A DNA stretch of 64,000 bases from Octopus sinensis (Eukaryota). Made by a program: the position numbers and the translations under genes. The notes beneath the pieces are model-generated. The model was not told the origin of the DNA. It made no database searches and saw only the letters and a list, made by a program, of their open reading frames with translations. The stretch is from the NCBI RefSeq assembly GCF_006345805.1, contig NC_043011.1, positions 57,238,464 through 57,302,463 on the forward strand. The letters are read 5' to 3'. Shown here one piece after another: positions 23,401 to 40,212 of this stretch; position 1 is the stretch's first letter; every line of letters starts with the position of its first letter.

Positions 23401-26220
23401 AAACCTTTGGCAGCTGGAGAAGTGAAATGGGGGTTCCTTCGAAAATCTTTTAAAAATTCCTGTTTTTAAGCATCTGCAAATGTGTTGGATGAAATGCAAC
23501 CTTAAGAACATCTTCATAATTTTGCGTGTTGCTTGACGAGAGAAGCCCAAGACAGTGAGTTTCTTTGTGAGTTTCAGCCAAAATATTCGTCTGCTTTAAA
23601 AATACCGAATGCCTCCATAAACAATGGAAGGTGTCCGGTTAATCTGTATTTGCCATGTTTTGGCAATAAATGACTGAATTAGATATTTTGGTAAAAATGG
23701 AGACTTTTTTTTTGTCTGTGACTTTTTTCCAGACACTCATTGTTCATCTCAAAATTACTGATGTAAAAATTTAATGAAATAATTAAAAGAGAAACGACAA
23801 TTTGTTAAGGCTTACCATTGATGTCGCAATTATCTGCGTCGATGACCAACATGGACGAGTTTTTTCCATTAAGATATTCCATTTCACGGACAAGGAAATA
23901 ATGACCACATCCTCAGAAAAGAACACATTAAGATACCATCGATCAGCTGTTGCCCTTCTGTTCAGGCTATCGATGTTTTTGGAGAAGAGTCTCCTATTAC
24001 AAACTATTTTGTCAAACACTTAAGACGCCTACGATAAGTGGATGTGTGAAAAACTAAATCGGAATTTTGAATGAAGTAAGCATAGGACGATAATTTCAGG
24101 AGATTAGAAAGCAAAGAAGAACGTTTTTGATTGAAGAAAGCATAATGAGACCAGAAAAAACATCTTCTTGTGCTCCGCTTTCTCAATTCTTGCGGCAGAT
24201 GGTTGTAGGGGCAAAGCAAAGGAAGGTGTCCTTACACAGGTGCCCGACCTGCCAGAAATAGCAGCACCGCTCTACTATATGTTTCTTTATTGCTCACAAG
24301 GGGCTAAACACAGAGGGGACAAATAAGGACAGACAAAGGTATTCAGTCGCTTACATCGATCCCAGTGCGTAACTGGTACCTAATTTACCGACCCCGAAAG
24401 GATGAAAGGCAAAGTCGACGTCGGCGGAATTTGAACTCAGAACGAGGTCAATAGAGCCCCAGTAGATACCACAGAATATTGTCGTCTGCTACTTGAACGG
24501 TTCTGTCAGTCTGCCGCCATTCTCACTTCAGGATGTCGGCATTTTGCATGTGCAAGGTTTGAGTTTAATAATTTGTGGAATAAGCACACTGTAGCAGAAA
24601 ATTTATCGCCAGTTGAGGTGAATGGAAGCACGATAAATGAAATGCTTTGCCCTCGAATGCAACACACCATTGAATCTGGGATCAAAATGACCACCTTACG
24701 AACCCCCGAGTCCAACATCACGACACACCTTGCCTCTTTACTTCGAACTTGAGCCACAAAACCAAAAGGTATCTCTTACATTTTACCCTCACGCCATTCG
24801 TACAATAAACAGGATTCGGAAGTTAGAATTTATCCAATTTTATCCAATTTTGTCGAGGTTTTTCCCTTTCTTTCCCGTATCGCTCATTTCTAAACCTTTG
24901 GCAGCTGGAGAAGTGAAATGGGGGTTCCTTCGAAAATCTTTTTAAAATTTCTGTTTTTAAGCATCTGCAAATGTGTTGGATGAAATGTAACCTTAAGAAC
25001 ATCTTCACAATTTTACGTGTTGCTTGACGAGAGAAGCCCAAGACAGTGAGTTTCTTTGTGAGTTTCAGCCAAAATATTCGTCTGCTTTAAAAATATCGAA
25101 TGCCTCCATAAACAATGGAAGGTGTCCGGTTAATCTGTATTTGCCATGTTTTGGCAATAAATGACTGAATTAGATATTTTGGTAAAAATGGAGACTTTTT
25201 TCCGGACACTCATTGTTCATCTCGAAATTACTGATGGAAAAATTTAATGAAATAACTAAAGAAAAGAAACAACAATTTGTTAAGGTTTACCATTGATGTC
25301 GCAATTGTTTGCGTCGATGACCAACATGGACGAGTTTTTTCCATTAAGATATTCCAATTCACGGACAAGGAAATAATGACCACATCCTCAGAAAAGAACA
25401 CATTAAGATACCACCGATCAGCTGTTGCCCTTCTGTTCAGGCAATCGATGTTTTTGGAGAAGAGTCTCCTATTACAAATTATTTTGTGAAACACTTAAGA
25501 CACCTACGATAAGTGGATGTGTGAAAAACTAAATCGGAATTTTGAATGAAGTAACCATAGGACGATAATTTCAGGAGATTAGAATGCAAAGAAGAACGTT
25601 TTTGATTGAAGAAAGCATAATGAGACCAGAAAAAAACATCTTCTTGTGCTCCGCTTTCTCAATTCTTGCGGCAGATGGTTGTAGGGGCAAAGCAAAGGAA
25701 GGAGTCCTTACACAGGTGCTCGACCTGCCAGAAATAGCAGCACCGCTCTACTATATGTTTCTTTACTACCCACAAGGAGCTAAACACAGAGAGGACAAAC
25801 AAGGACAGACAAAAGGATGAAGTCGATTACATCGACCTCAGTGCGTAACTGGTACTTAATTTATCGACCCCGAAAGGATGAAAAGCAAAGTCAACCTCGG
25901 CGGAATTTGAACTTGGACCGTAACGGCAGAGGAAAAACCTATTTCTTTACTACCTTCAAGGGGCTAAACACAGAGAGGACAAACAAGGACAGCCAAAGGG
26001 ACTAAGTCCATTACATCGACCCCAGTGCGTAACTGGTACTTAATTTATGGAGCCCGAAAGGATGAAAGGCAAAGTCGACGTCAGCGGAATTTGAACTCAG
26101 AACGTAACGGCATTTCGCCTGGCGTGCTAACGATTCTGCCAGCTCGACGCAGCGAAGCAAAGGAAGGAGACCTTACACAGGTGCCCGACCTGCCAGAAAT
26201 AGCAGCACCGCTCTACTCTA
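20475..26220. repeat. Complex tandem array: three units of about 1.5-2.0 kb separated by stacked SINE modules
   Basis: Anchor gaacgaggtcaatagagccccagtagataccacag at about 20995, 22955 and 24443; anchor gatgaccaaca at about 22200, 23843 and 25318. Confidence 0.93.
21535..21853 (-). mobile_element. Shorter 3' fragment of the same CR1-like LINE, inserted in array unit 1
   Basis: High identity to 18680-18985; absent at the equivalent site (gatgaaat|gtaacc) in units 2 and 3. Confidence 0.9.
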
Positions 26221-26339
26221 TTTAAAAGAAAACAAAACAAGAAACCCACAAAGGATACAATAAATAATTTATTCTTGTATCCGGAGAAAAAATGGAACGG
26301 TTGTTGTTGGAATGACTTTACTACAGTTTCTTTCTTCAG

Positions 26340-26435
26340 CCTCGATTCTCGACTTTGAATCGAAATTTCTTAAAATGGAAGAAAAGCCAAAAAAACTCTC
26401 AAGTTGTCCATCAACCCAAACGATGATGAAATCAG
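26340..26435 (+). other. Candidate exon of an unidentified gene
   Basis: Acceptor tttctttcttcag, donor CAG|gtaagt, 96 bp, open frame SILDFESKFLKMEEKPKKLSSCPSTQTMMKS with aaaATGg at 26375. No partner exon found. Confidence 0.4.
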
Positions 26436-27974
26436 GTAAGTGTTAATAAACTTGTTTTTCTTTTAATTAATTAATTAAATTTTTGTGTCAGCAATTCTGG
26501 AGGTTGTTTGAAAAAAATCGGGATTTAAAAATGAATTATTTATTTTAAATGCAAATTATATAAAAAAAAAAAATCTTTCAGAGACTTTTAATTTGTAAAT
26601 TCCAGAATGTAGAATATTAATTATAAAGACAAAAAAGAAAAAAAAATCTTATCTTTTATCATTAAGCGTAGCAAAGGGTTTACAAATTTTTTCTCAAAAA
26701 ATGTGGATTGCATGTTTTATTTTGCCTCTCTAGTTTCAGCTCAGAGCTGCGGCCATGCTGAAGCACCGCCGTATTGCTACACTGTTATTAATAAGAGCCT
26801 CCTCTAATATGTGGCATTTGGTGAAGAATGGTGTTTGATATAGCAACCCTCATTTGCACCTCTTGCCGTGAGGTAGGTTCATCTGGGACTCTCGACAGGA
26901 AGAGGTCCAGCTTTGATTTAAAAAACCCCTACATCTACTTTGTGCAAGTTCCTCAGACACTTTCAAAAATGTTGGATGTAATTTTGTGGAAAAATAACGA
27001 AAAATTAAAAGAAAAAAATTAAACATTTCGTATCGGCTGCTGTCATAAAGACATGATGGGATACGGGTGAGATTGGGTGACACAGATGCTTAAAAATTTG
27101 GAATTATTTTTTGTAAAATGCCCAACCCTTGCTTTGTAATGTAGGAAACAAAAATAAATTGGAAAAATCCCGTCAAAAACGGAGAAATTTCAATCTGTGA
27201 AAGTTTTTCCGATAGTTTGCCGGATTCTGAAGTTGGTAATTAGTAGACAAATGATTCCCACAACGGACTTTGTTTCCTCATGACTTTCAGAAAACTAGAT
27301 TTTTTTTCTCAACGAAAATTTCTACAAATACCTTTCAGATGGTGAAGATTACCATAAAACCGGAATTTAATGCAAAATAGACGAAATAAATAAATGGGCG
27401 CGCACTCATGCATACTGATACATAAAATGAAACTTGAGATGACTATGTGGTGTGTGTCAGTTTGTATGTGTGAATAGCCATCAGTTATTAATTTTTTTCC
27501 CCCAATTAACTTTCGACATAATTGTAATCTGCACAATTTCAAAGATATTTGTAGAAAATTTCATTAGAAAATATGTATTTTTTTCTAAAAGCTATGAGGT
27601 AACAAAGTGAATGTTAGGGCACACTTATAAAGGTATGCTGAAAGCTCCCTTAAATTGTTTGCCGAGTCTGTAATTAGTAATTAAGCATCTCGTAGTCTTA
27701 ATTACAGAACTAATTTCTTCACCCCGCTGTACAGTTGAAGCAAATATTTACTGGTCCAAGGGAAATAACTCAGCAATAAGGGGAAATAATTTTTCTTTCA
27801 CTGGTTTTAAATTCTTTCTCTATCAAAATATTTTAATCATTTTCTATCTAAATATGATTTATTTGTACCACATATTGATATGTTTATGTCTCAATCGTTA
27901 TGAGATAATTAAAAAAAGGCTTTTAACCCTTTGCTAATCGTTCTAATTTAAATGTGATATTTCTGTTAATCAGC

Positions 27975-28300
27975 AGAGTTTTCTACCTTGTCGGTGGCAC
28001 GTAAAGAGCACCATCCGAATCGTAGCCGAAGCCAGTGCCGCCCTGACTGGCTTCCATAAAATGCACCAATCCGACCGTGGCCGATGCCAGCCTCGCCTGG
28101 CACCAGTGCAGGTGGCACGTAAAAAGCACCCACTACACTCACGGAGTGGTTGGCGTTAGGAAGGGCATCCAGCTGTAGAAACTTTGCCAGATAAGACTGG
28201 AGCCTGGTGCAGCCTTCTGGCTTCCCAGACCCCCGGTCGAACCGTCCAACCCATGCTAGCATGGAGAACGGACGTTAAACGATGATAATGATGATGATGA
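27975..28300 (+). mobile_element. SINE, same family, well preserved
   Basis: Ends catgctagcatggagaacggacgttaaacgatgataatgatgatgat. Confidence 0.85.
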
Positions 28301-28814
28301 TATAACCATTTAAAATTATCTTTAGTTCTTTTTTCATAATGACACGATTACACAGTAAATGGATTAACAGCGCTAATAAAACTAAACAAGATTCTAAATA
28401 AGACTATGTGGTAACTTGGGCTGCTAGAAATAGTTGCCAAATGTTCTTTCACTCTCTTGAAAAAGTAAGGACACAGATAAACTGCTCGAGAAACACATTG
28501 CCCCATTTCTTTCTTTCAAACTTACTTAAGCCCTTTGTTTCCTACAGAGCATCAACCAGCAACGACTTTCCTCTTCTGTTGCCGAGTCGAGGCTGTCTTT
28601 TGCTTCTCTTCAATTGGACCCAAACTTTCTTTCGGATTTTGCTGCAGTTTCATGTTTCGCCAAGGAAAAGGCCTTCCTTTCCCAGGTTTTCGCGGTTTTG
28701 AATTGTCATTAATGCTTCTTTCATTTAACTTTTTTTCTAGATATGAATGTTGGTCTTACGTATATCCATTTTTACTCCTGGGAAGACGGCAGTGAGATTT
28801 CTATTTTTTTTTAT

Positions 28815-29409
28815 TGTTATAAATCTTATACTGAGGAGGGAGCCGGTTTCCAGCAAAGATATATGGCTCCATCTTTGGGATGTAGTTAACACGGACAAAT
28901 TCGCATTTAGAACTTAAGAAAAGTCTTGCATATTTTTGCTGTTCCACTCACAGATTGAGTGTACAAATTAGCCGGTCGATTTATCTTTCTGAAAATCCCA
29001 GTTTATCCAAATTGTCCTTTAAGCATTTACTAACAAAACCTAGTGCTCCAATTGTTATTGGTATGAATATGAATTTATAGTCTGGATATAGAAGCTGGAG
29101 GTTTCAAAGCTGGTGTCCATAGATATCCTCTTTTTCTTTGATTTTCAAAAAGATATTTACCTCTGCACAGCAGCTAACCTCTATGATGGTACATACCTTT
29201 GCCTCTCTATCCCAAACAACAATATTTTACCTGTTATGCTAACATTTGACAGAAGTTTTGATGGGAATATTCCACCAGTATTCCTTGAGTTAGTGTTTAT
29301 GAATGCATTCCATAAGAGAGGAATTTAATAAGTTTATTTCAGGACAATCTTTTTTGCAGATGGCATTGTAAACTGTTTTAGCAACAACATCATCCCACGT
29401 AGGGAGGTA

Positions 29410-29412
<3 letters not shown>
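28815..29412 (-). mobile_element. Decayed R4/Dong-like (restriction-like endonuclease) LINE 3' fragment
   Basis: With stops: YYLPTWDDVVAKTVYNAICKK...EYWWNIPIKTSVKC*HNR*NIVVWDREAKVCTIIEVSC...KEKEDIY...YKFIFIPITIGALG. Confidence 0.85.
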
Positions 29413-29460
<48 letters not shown>

Positions 29461-29474
29461 TGTGTGTGTGTGTG

Positions 29475-29517
<43 letters not shown>

Positions 29518-29617
29518 TGTGTGTATGTGTGTGTGTGTGTATGTGTGTGTGTGTATGTGTGTATGTATGTATGTATGTACGTATGTATGTATGTATGTAT
29601 GTATGTATGTATGTATG

Positions 29618-29649
<32 letters not shown>

Positions 29650-29725
29650 TGTATGTATGTATGTATGTACGTATGTATGTATGTATGTATGTATGTATGT
29701 ATGTATGCATGCATGCATGCATATG
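29413..29725. repeat. (TG)n/(TATG)n microsatellite
   Basis: Direct reading. Confidence 0.97.
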
Positions 29726-29789
29726 TGCAGATTTGTATGTTTTACTTTATGTATGTATTCTTATGTATAGAGTTACATATCTAGACATG

Positions 29790-30340
29790 CTCATATATAT
29801 TTAAATGATAAATTTCTGGAAAGTTTTACAGATTTTTACAGTTCCAGTGATGCATTGGATCTGTAGTCTTCGAATTAGCTTTCTCCTTTCTGGTTTTCAG
29901 AAGCCTAATTTCTCAAGATTGGTATTTACGCAGTGTGCTACATATCCCAGGGCCCCAATAATTACCGGTATAAACCTGAACTTGTAATCTGAATATAATA
30001 ACTGCAGATTTCTTAATAGTCCAGTGTAGGTATTCTCTTTTTCACTGATCTTCAGCTTTGTGTTAACATTCGCTGAGCAGCTAATTTACACAACTGTGCA
30101 CAGTTTCTCTTCTCTATCCCAAATCATTATATCAGGTCTGTTGTGCTTACATTTTATTGAGGTTTTCACTGAGACATTCCACCAGTATTCCTTTTTATTA
30201 TTCCTTTTCCTCATATATCAGGAAATTACATCTGCATTATTATGAATACATTCATCTACTCTGTGAATAAAATCTTTCCTCATATCTCCGGAAATTACAC
30301 CTGCATTATTATGGATGGATTTACCTTTTCTGAGAAGCTA
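29790..30340 (-). mobile_element. Second R4/Dong-like LINE 3' fragment
   Basis: EYWWNVSVKTSIKCKHNRPDIMIWDREEKLCTVV*ISC...SEKENTY...KFRFIPVIIGALG...GTVKICKTF (PD-(D/E)xK-type domain). Confidence 0.88.
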
Positions 30341-30726
30341 ACAATCTTTTAAAAAACCTTTTATAAAACTGTGCATCATTAGAAAACATTTTAAGTCTGC
30401 TTACAATCTAACTTTGAATTTCATAGAACTCTCTTTGATACTTCATGAGGGTAGCCTCACCCCTAGGATGTTTGGAAAACTCATATGCGTTTTGGCTGAT
30501 GAATACGGGACACTTGTATTTGCTGCAATATTTGCAGCTTTTAATAAAGATATTCTTTGTATGAAACAATTGTACTGAACAACTAATCCATTCTTGTTGC
30601 TTTTTTCCTGTTTATAATCACCCCACATTATTTTATGGTTAATACCATAAAGATTTCTGGTGCATCTAAGTTAAGTACCACATTCATGTAAATTCATTGG
30701 AACTCACTTGAATCTTAATTGTTTTA

Positions 30727-30830
30727 CATATATCTATATATATATATACATATATATACATATATATATGTATGCATATATATATACATATATCTATATA
30801 TATATATACATATATCTATATATATATACA

Positions 30831-30864
<34 letters not shown>

Positions 30865-30925
30865 CACACATATATATATACACATATATACATAAATATA
30901 CATATATATGTATATATATATGTAT

Positions 30926-30983
<58 letters not shown>

Positions 30984-30995
30984 CATATATATATG

Positions 30996-31073
<78 letters not shown>

Positions 31074-31128
31074 CATATATATATATATATCTATATATAT
31101 ATATATAGATATATATATATATATATTA

Positions 31129-31159
<31 letters not shown>

Positions 31160-31258
31160 CATATATTATGTATATATATGTATATATACATATATATGTA
31201 TATATATGTATATATACATATATATAAAACGAAATATATATATATATATATATATTTC
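30727..31258. repeat. (TA)n-rich microsatellite
   Basis: Direct reading. Confidence 0.97.
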
Positions 31259-31697
31259 GTTTTGGGATTTGGTTTGCAAGATTCTTTATGTGAGTTCGTG
31301 TGTTGAAGCATATTCTGTTGTGTCTGGGGAAAGTCATTTTCTTTTTGTGCTTTATAATGTAACACACTCCCCCTACATGGCCTTGCTATTTGCTTTTGAG
31401 CCAAATTAACTAACTAACTAACACTCACCGGTAAAATTTCCACTTATTTCTTATTTTTATTTTCTGAAAATTTCGTCGTGTCTTGCAAACTTTTCAATAG
31501 TCTTGACTCTGTCCGTTATTTACACTGCATTCCTTTTTGTTTCTGTGTGTGCATGTGTGTGGGTCAGTGTGTGTGTGTGTATGCCTATGCATGCAAGTAT
31601 GTATGTATGCATGTGTGCATGTATATATGTGTGTATATGCATATGTATATATGTTAAATTATAAGGCACAAAAAGAAAATGACTCTCCCTGGCACAA

Positions 31698-31746
<49 letters not shown>

Positions 31747-31791
31747 CACATACATATATATATATATATACATGGTGGCTGCCCCCTCGTT

Positions 31792-32292
31792 ATCGAGTAT
31801 GGCCATTGCGCGAAGCTTAATCAATGTTATTATCGTGCAATGCCTGTGCAAGAAGATTTTTTTTTAAAGTGAGGAAAGGCTGTGCACTGAGTCAATCCCA
31901 CTCGCTAAGCAACAGCAGCCATAATCCGAAAAGAAGAACAAGTCAACATCATCGGTAACCACCGAGCCGCAGGTTTTATATCGGAGTTGTCCCAGTTACT
32001 TGAGTTACCATCTAGAGGGATGCCCTAACAAAGGCTACGAGTCCTTCACTCCCATTGTTTTAACCGCACGATCGGGTATTCAGTCCGATTATTTCTATGT
32101 CCCCGCGCATGATACAACCTTAAGACATTTATTGGATGGCCGTTGACTCACAAGAGTTCCTCCGCCCTTTGACGGGTTTTGTTTTTCATCCCGCACGGTG
32201 TCCAATAATCACCCTCCTCACCAAGCAAGCTTGGTGGGGTTGCCAGTTTAGTCGCCGACGACCCGACCATGCAACAGGTTGTACTGGGTTAC
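31792..32292. mobile_element. Unclassified GC-richer interspersed element nested in (TA)n
   Basis: About 500 bp, CpG-containing, with sharp (TA)n boundaries on both sides and no ORF. Confidence 0.5.
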
Positions 32293-32337
32293 ATATATAC
32301 ATATATATACATACACACACACACACACACACACACA

Positions 32338-32430
<93 letters not shown>

Positions 32431-32470
32431 AATATTTGATTTGCCTAATAGTGGTTTTGTCTCTAATTTA

Positions 32471-32509
<39 letters not shown>

Positions 32510-32643
32510 CGGAGATGTACTCGCATAGCAAGTGATTTGATCTGAGATCGTGTGCTGAAACGAAAACAATTGCAGCATGGAAGGTGTTTGTAAGCCATTT
32601 AAGAATGTGTTTCTTAAATGGCTTACAACACCTTCCACGCTGC

Positions 32644-36025
<3,382 letters not shown>

Positions 36026-39000
36026 GTGTGTGTGTGTGCATATATATGTATACATATATATACGTATACATATACATTATGCATATATATATATATATAT
36101 ATACGTATACACACACATACACACACACACCATATATATATATGCACATATATGTATATTATACGTATGTGTATACAAAATTCAAATGTCAATACCTCTG
36201 CCACAACCGCCAGATATTATCATTTCTATCATGCAATGATATTGTTCAAGCATAAAGAATCCTTGGAGTTAGTCCAAGCTTTCAATTTTCTCCCGTTTTA
36301 CTTCCACAAGAACTTCAGTATTTGAAGCGTCAAGAATTATGAACAATAGACTTTATAGAGTTAATGGACATTGACACGAGTCATTATGAAGAATAATTTC
36401 TTTTATCTGCCAGAAGGGTAGTTATTATAAATAATAAAAGGAGAGATACACTAGGTTAATATGAAACAAAATATACATTGGAAACAGTTTTAATAGGGTA
36501 CCAGAGACAGAAAACACTAGATTAAATTATAGAGAAGTTAGTCAAGACAATAGAATATATTTGTAAGAAAATTTTCGCAACATCGGAAAGAATGGCTGTT
36601 GATTATTTCTTCTACATTAAGTACGAAGTTTGAGTTGTTCCTGTTAAAGAACGTCCACAAAAACACGCGGGTATAGTAGCCGAATGTGAGACATTTTGGC
36701 GCAGCAGTTTTGGCGCAGCAGTTTTGGCGCAGCAGTTTTGGTATCAATGGTGCTAATTCAACGCTGACTTATTTGACAGAAGACGTTTTATTTTTTTTCT
36801 CATTCCCTCCTTCTCCCATTTCTCTTTCTCTCTGTGAGCATATTTTTATGTGCATGAAAAGTAAAATGTTTATGTCAATCATGTTCAATTAATAAATTAT
36901 AATCTCTCTTCCTCTCTCCCTCTTTATATCTCTGTGTGTATACTTCTGCGCACGCGTCTGCTCGGCTCCAGCATCAAAAAGCACTGTTGCCCTAACAGCT
37001 TCAATTCCCAGTTAGCCATGCTAATTCGTCTCATTCTGTGAAAACCGTTGGATTGTCTTCAATAGCATAAACGCAATGTATCAGTCTGACAGAAGAACTA
37101 CATCAACCGATATATATTCTGTTATTTTATTTTATTTCACTTTTTGCCAGACCGATTTGGTCCTTCAGCAACAGAAAAGTGGTAGTGAGGTGCCAGTTCT
37201 CAATATAAAAAGTGAAATGGTAAGGAAGCTCTACAACTCTTCTGAGACACCGGAGATATTGAACGGCTGCGTTATAGGACGAATGATTGGGACCGCATGG
37301 GAATCCTTTTTGAACTCAAATAAAATATCAAAGACTTGTTAATTTCTGTCTTTATTGAAGTATACTGCAACTGGTAGGAAACTGGATACATTACCAATTA
37401 TTGGAGCCGGGATCGATTGCATCGCTGAAAGAGGACACAATCAAATACCATTTAGTTGTTAATTTTAGCGCAATATTTTGCTAAATGTAATATTTAAGAT
37501 TTTGATCAATACAGTAGCGAGATTAAGGCACACTAGTTGGCTTGCCATTCGGCACTTGGAAAAAACAGAACATGCAAGCAAAGGCATGCCACTTAGCTGT
37601 GTGTCCGCTTGGAGTGCTCCAGATCTGGCCTACTTCAGAGCTTCAGGTGGTTAGGAACTAGATCAAGGAGATGAAAAGGGTATTCATGAGCAAAAGGAAG
37701 CTATCCTTTAAAGGTTAAACTGAAGTGGTTGATACCTAAATTGCTTTGCCTATTTCTGGGTACTTTTTAGTCTTTTGCGTTCTGTAGTACCTAGGCTACT
37801 TCTTAGGGTACCATTTCTTTACATAATTAACTTGTGTTTGAGACTGTTCTCATTAACATTCTCTCACATGGCCATCTATTCTCACTCCTTCTTTATCTCC
37901 CAATTTATTTCTCCTGCTTTTCTTCCTACAGTAGTTTCTATTTCCTTTTTATTTTATTCTTGGTAAAATAGTAATGATTCCGAGGCAAACTATTTTGTTG
38001 AAAGAAATGTTCCTCTTTGAAAAACATAATCGATTTTAATGGTGATTTAGCAAAGATTGATTGATATGAGCACTTTTTGATTTCGAGAATATGCTTTTAT
38101 TTTGTTATTTTATATTCTAGATTTCTGTTAATATATCTTTTTCGTTTTGGCCGTGTTAAGTATTACGAGGTATTTAAAAAAAATCCTTCTTCGTATGTTT
38201 GTTTTTCCATATTTTTAATTACGGATGCAGCAGACTTTGCTTGAAGGTTGTTGAAGATCAGAAGGTTTGAAGTTTGGATGGAACAGTGGTAAATGGTCAC
38301 AAGCTGGAGCATTGTCAGCACTGGCTGGATCTCCTGGGTGAGACTCTCTGACTATTGAGAAGACTCGAAACACTCAGTGACTCCAGGTAACATTGAAGAT
38401 GCGTTTTTGTGCATTGCAAGATGTGTGTGTGTGTTTTATGCATAATAGAAATGGTTTGTTCTGCAGTAAAATGGATTTGAGAAGGTAATCAAGACCAGAG
38501 AATTCAGTTGGTCAGCTAAATTCTTGAAAAGCTGCAAGTCGATGGCTGCCGTAAGAAATCACAAGTGCTATGAAGGATATCCAGAACTATTCTCGGACGC
38601 ATATAACACGTAGTATTTTTGATTGAATGTACCACTTCAATAACACGCACACACATACACACACGCGCACCCCCCCACAATATATAATATAGCTAATATA
38701 ATATGATTTAGTATATGTTATTTGCAACGTAAACAGGATATTAGTTCAGAATATCATACTGATATTTTACTATCGTATTCTGTAAAACTGGGGCGACGGG
38801 ACACTTCACAGTGCGTTAACGGTATTGCAGGACAAGACAATAACATGGGTGCGAGAATATACGAAACATAACAAGAATTATGTTCGACAAATATCAAAAG
38901 GATACGGAAAATATTTTTTTATTTGGGTTGAAACAAACAGGACAACAGAATGAGGCGATTTGGCACGGTTGTTTGGACGCTGGCGATCTGACACAGCTGA

Positions 39001-39048
39001 CTGGACACTAAACCTGTTTTGGAAACAGTACTTTTTGGCACTACACGC

Positions 39049-39101
<53 letters not shown>

Positions 39102-39273
39102 ACGAGCAACATCAAAGCGTCTACGTCAAATAAGTCAGCGTCGAATTAGCGACGTCAAATAGGCTGCGCCAAACAGCTGTGCCATAATGTGTTATACCCA
39201 CGGGACAAATTCTAAACTGAAGTAAAGCAAGAGATGACCCGACTATATGTGTGTGTGTGTGTGTGTTTGTGTT

Positions 39274-39330
<57 letters not shown>

Positions 39331-39943
39331 ATAGGTGACATATATTGAACAGAAATATATTCAAGTTTAAGCCTTTCAACGCAAAGAAATGGAGGTGGAG
39401 ACAGCGAAGAACAAAATGAGTTGAAACGAGGATGGAATCGGAAAACGACAGGACACGTGGACAGGAGGATTATGGGAAAAGAGGAAGGAATTCTGCGATC
39501 AAGAGAGAGAAAGAAAGAGAGAGAGAAATAAAGAAGTAAAAAGAGGGGGGAAAGAGTGAGATAGAAGAAAGATGCAACAGCGTCACACAAATGCGAAATG
39601 CGATAAAGCGAAAGAAAGCCCAATGCGATTTGGTTGAATGGAATAATATATATATATATATATATTTCTATAGATTAGGAGTGTGACTCACATTAACTCT
39701 GCCCTGTGTGTGTATGTATGTATGTATGTATGTATGTATATATAAAAATACAAAATGGGACAAGAACGCAAAACATTCAAATAGACGATACAAAAAACAA
39801 TGACGGGTCATTCGAAGCCTCTAATCTTCAGTCAAGAACCGGATCATCCTCGCAATTTCGGCTGATTGATCTTGAGATTACTCCAATCTGGCCAGCCCCA
39901 AGGAAAAACTAAGCTACGAGCATTAGATGTATGTATGTATGTA

Positions 39944-40154
39944 CGAGGGGGTGGGGCTGAAAAGTTCTGGCTTTGGGTGTCGTGAAAGGCCTTGTTGGGG
40001 GCCCAACCTTCCGAGTTCTTTTACAGGGCTTAGAACAACCGAAGAACCGCTGCAGTGAGTGTGTGATTCTAAAAGGGGAACAAAATCATAATTAACCGAT
40101 CCTTCCGTATTTTCTTTTACCCAACGCCAGTGACTTTTCAGCATCCCCACCTCG
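39944..40154. mobile_element. mariner-type MITE
   Basis: TA|cgagggggtggggctgaaaagtt ... gacttttcagcatccccacctcg|TA. Confidence 0.75.
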
Positions 40155-40162
40155 TATGTCTG

Positions 40163-40212
<50 letters not shown>

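Noticed and set aside
20475-26220. Recurring short repeats that might suggest a CRISPR-like array
   Set aside because: Eukaryotic context; repeats are SINE modules within kb-scale duplicated units, with no unique spacers or cas genes.
28741-28915. Possible + strand exon after ttttttctag (DMNVGLTYIHFYSWED...)
   Set aside because: Runs into the antisense 3' end of the R4-like fragment; no convincing donor.
37130-37320. - strand frame VVELPYHFTFYIENWHLTTTFLLLK, loosely piggyBac-like
   Set aside because: The catalytic DN(W/F)FTS motif is not intact and flanks do not support it.
38893-38902. GTATCCTTT (U12-like donor) on the - strand
   Set aside because: No matching branch site, acceptor or exon pair found; about one chance occurrence is expected in an AT-rich window of this size.
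39780-39835. CTGAAGA...GAAT on the - strand as a further hammerhead
   Set aside because: Stems I-III could not be paired consistently.
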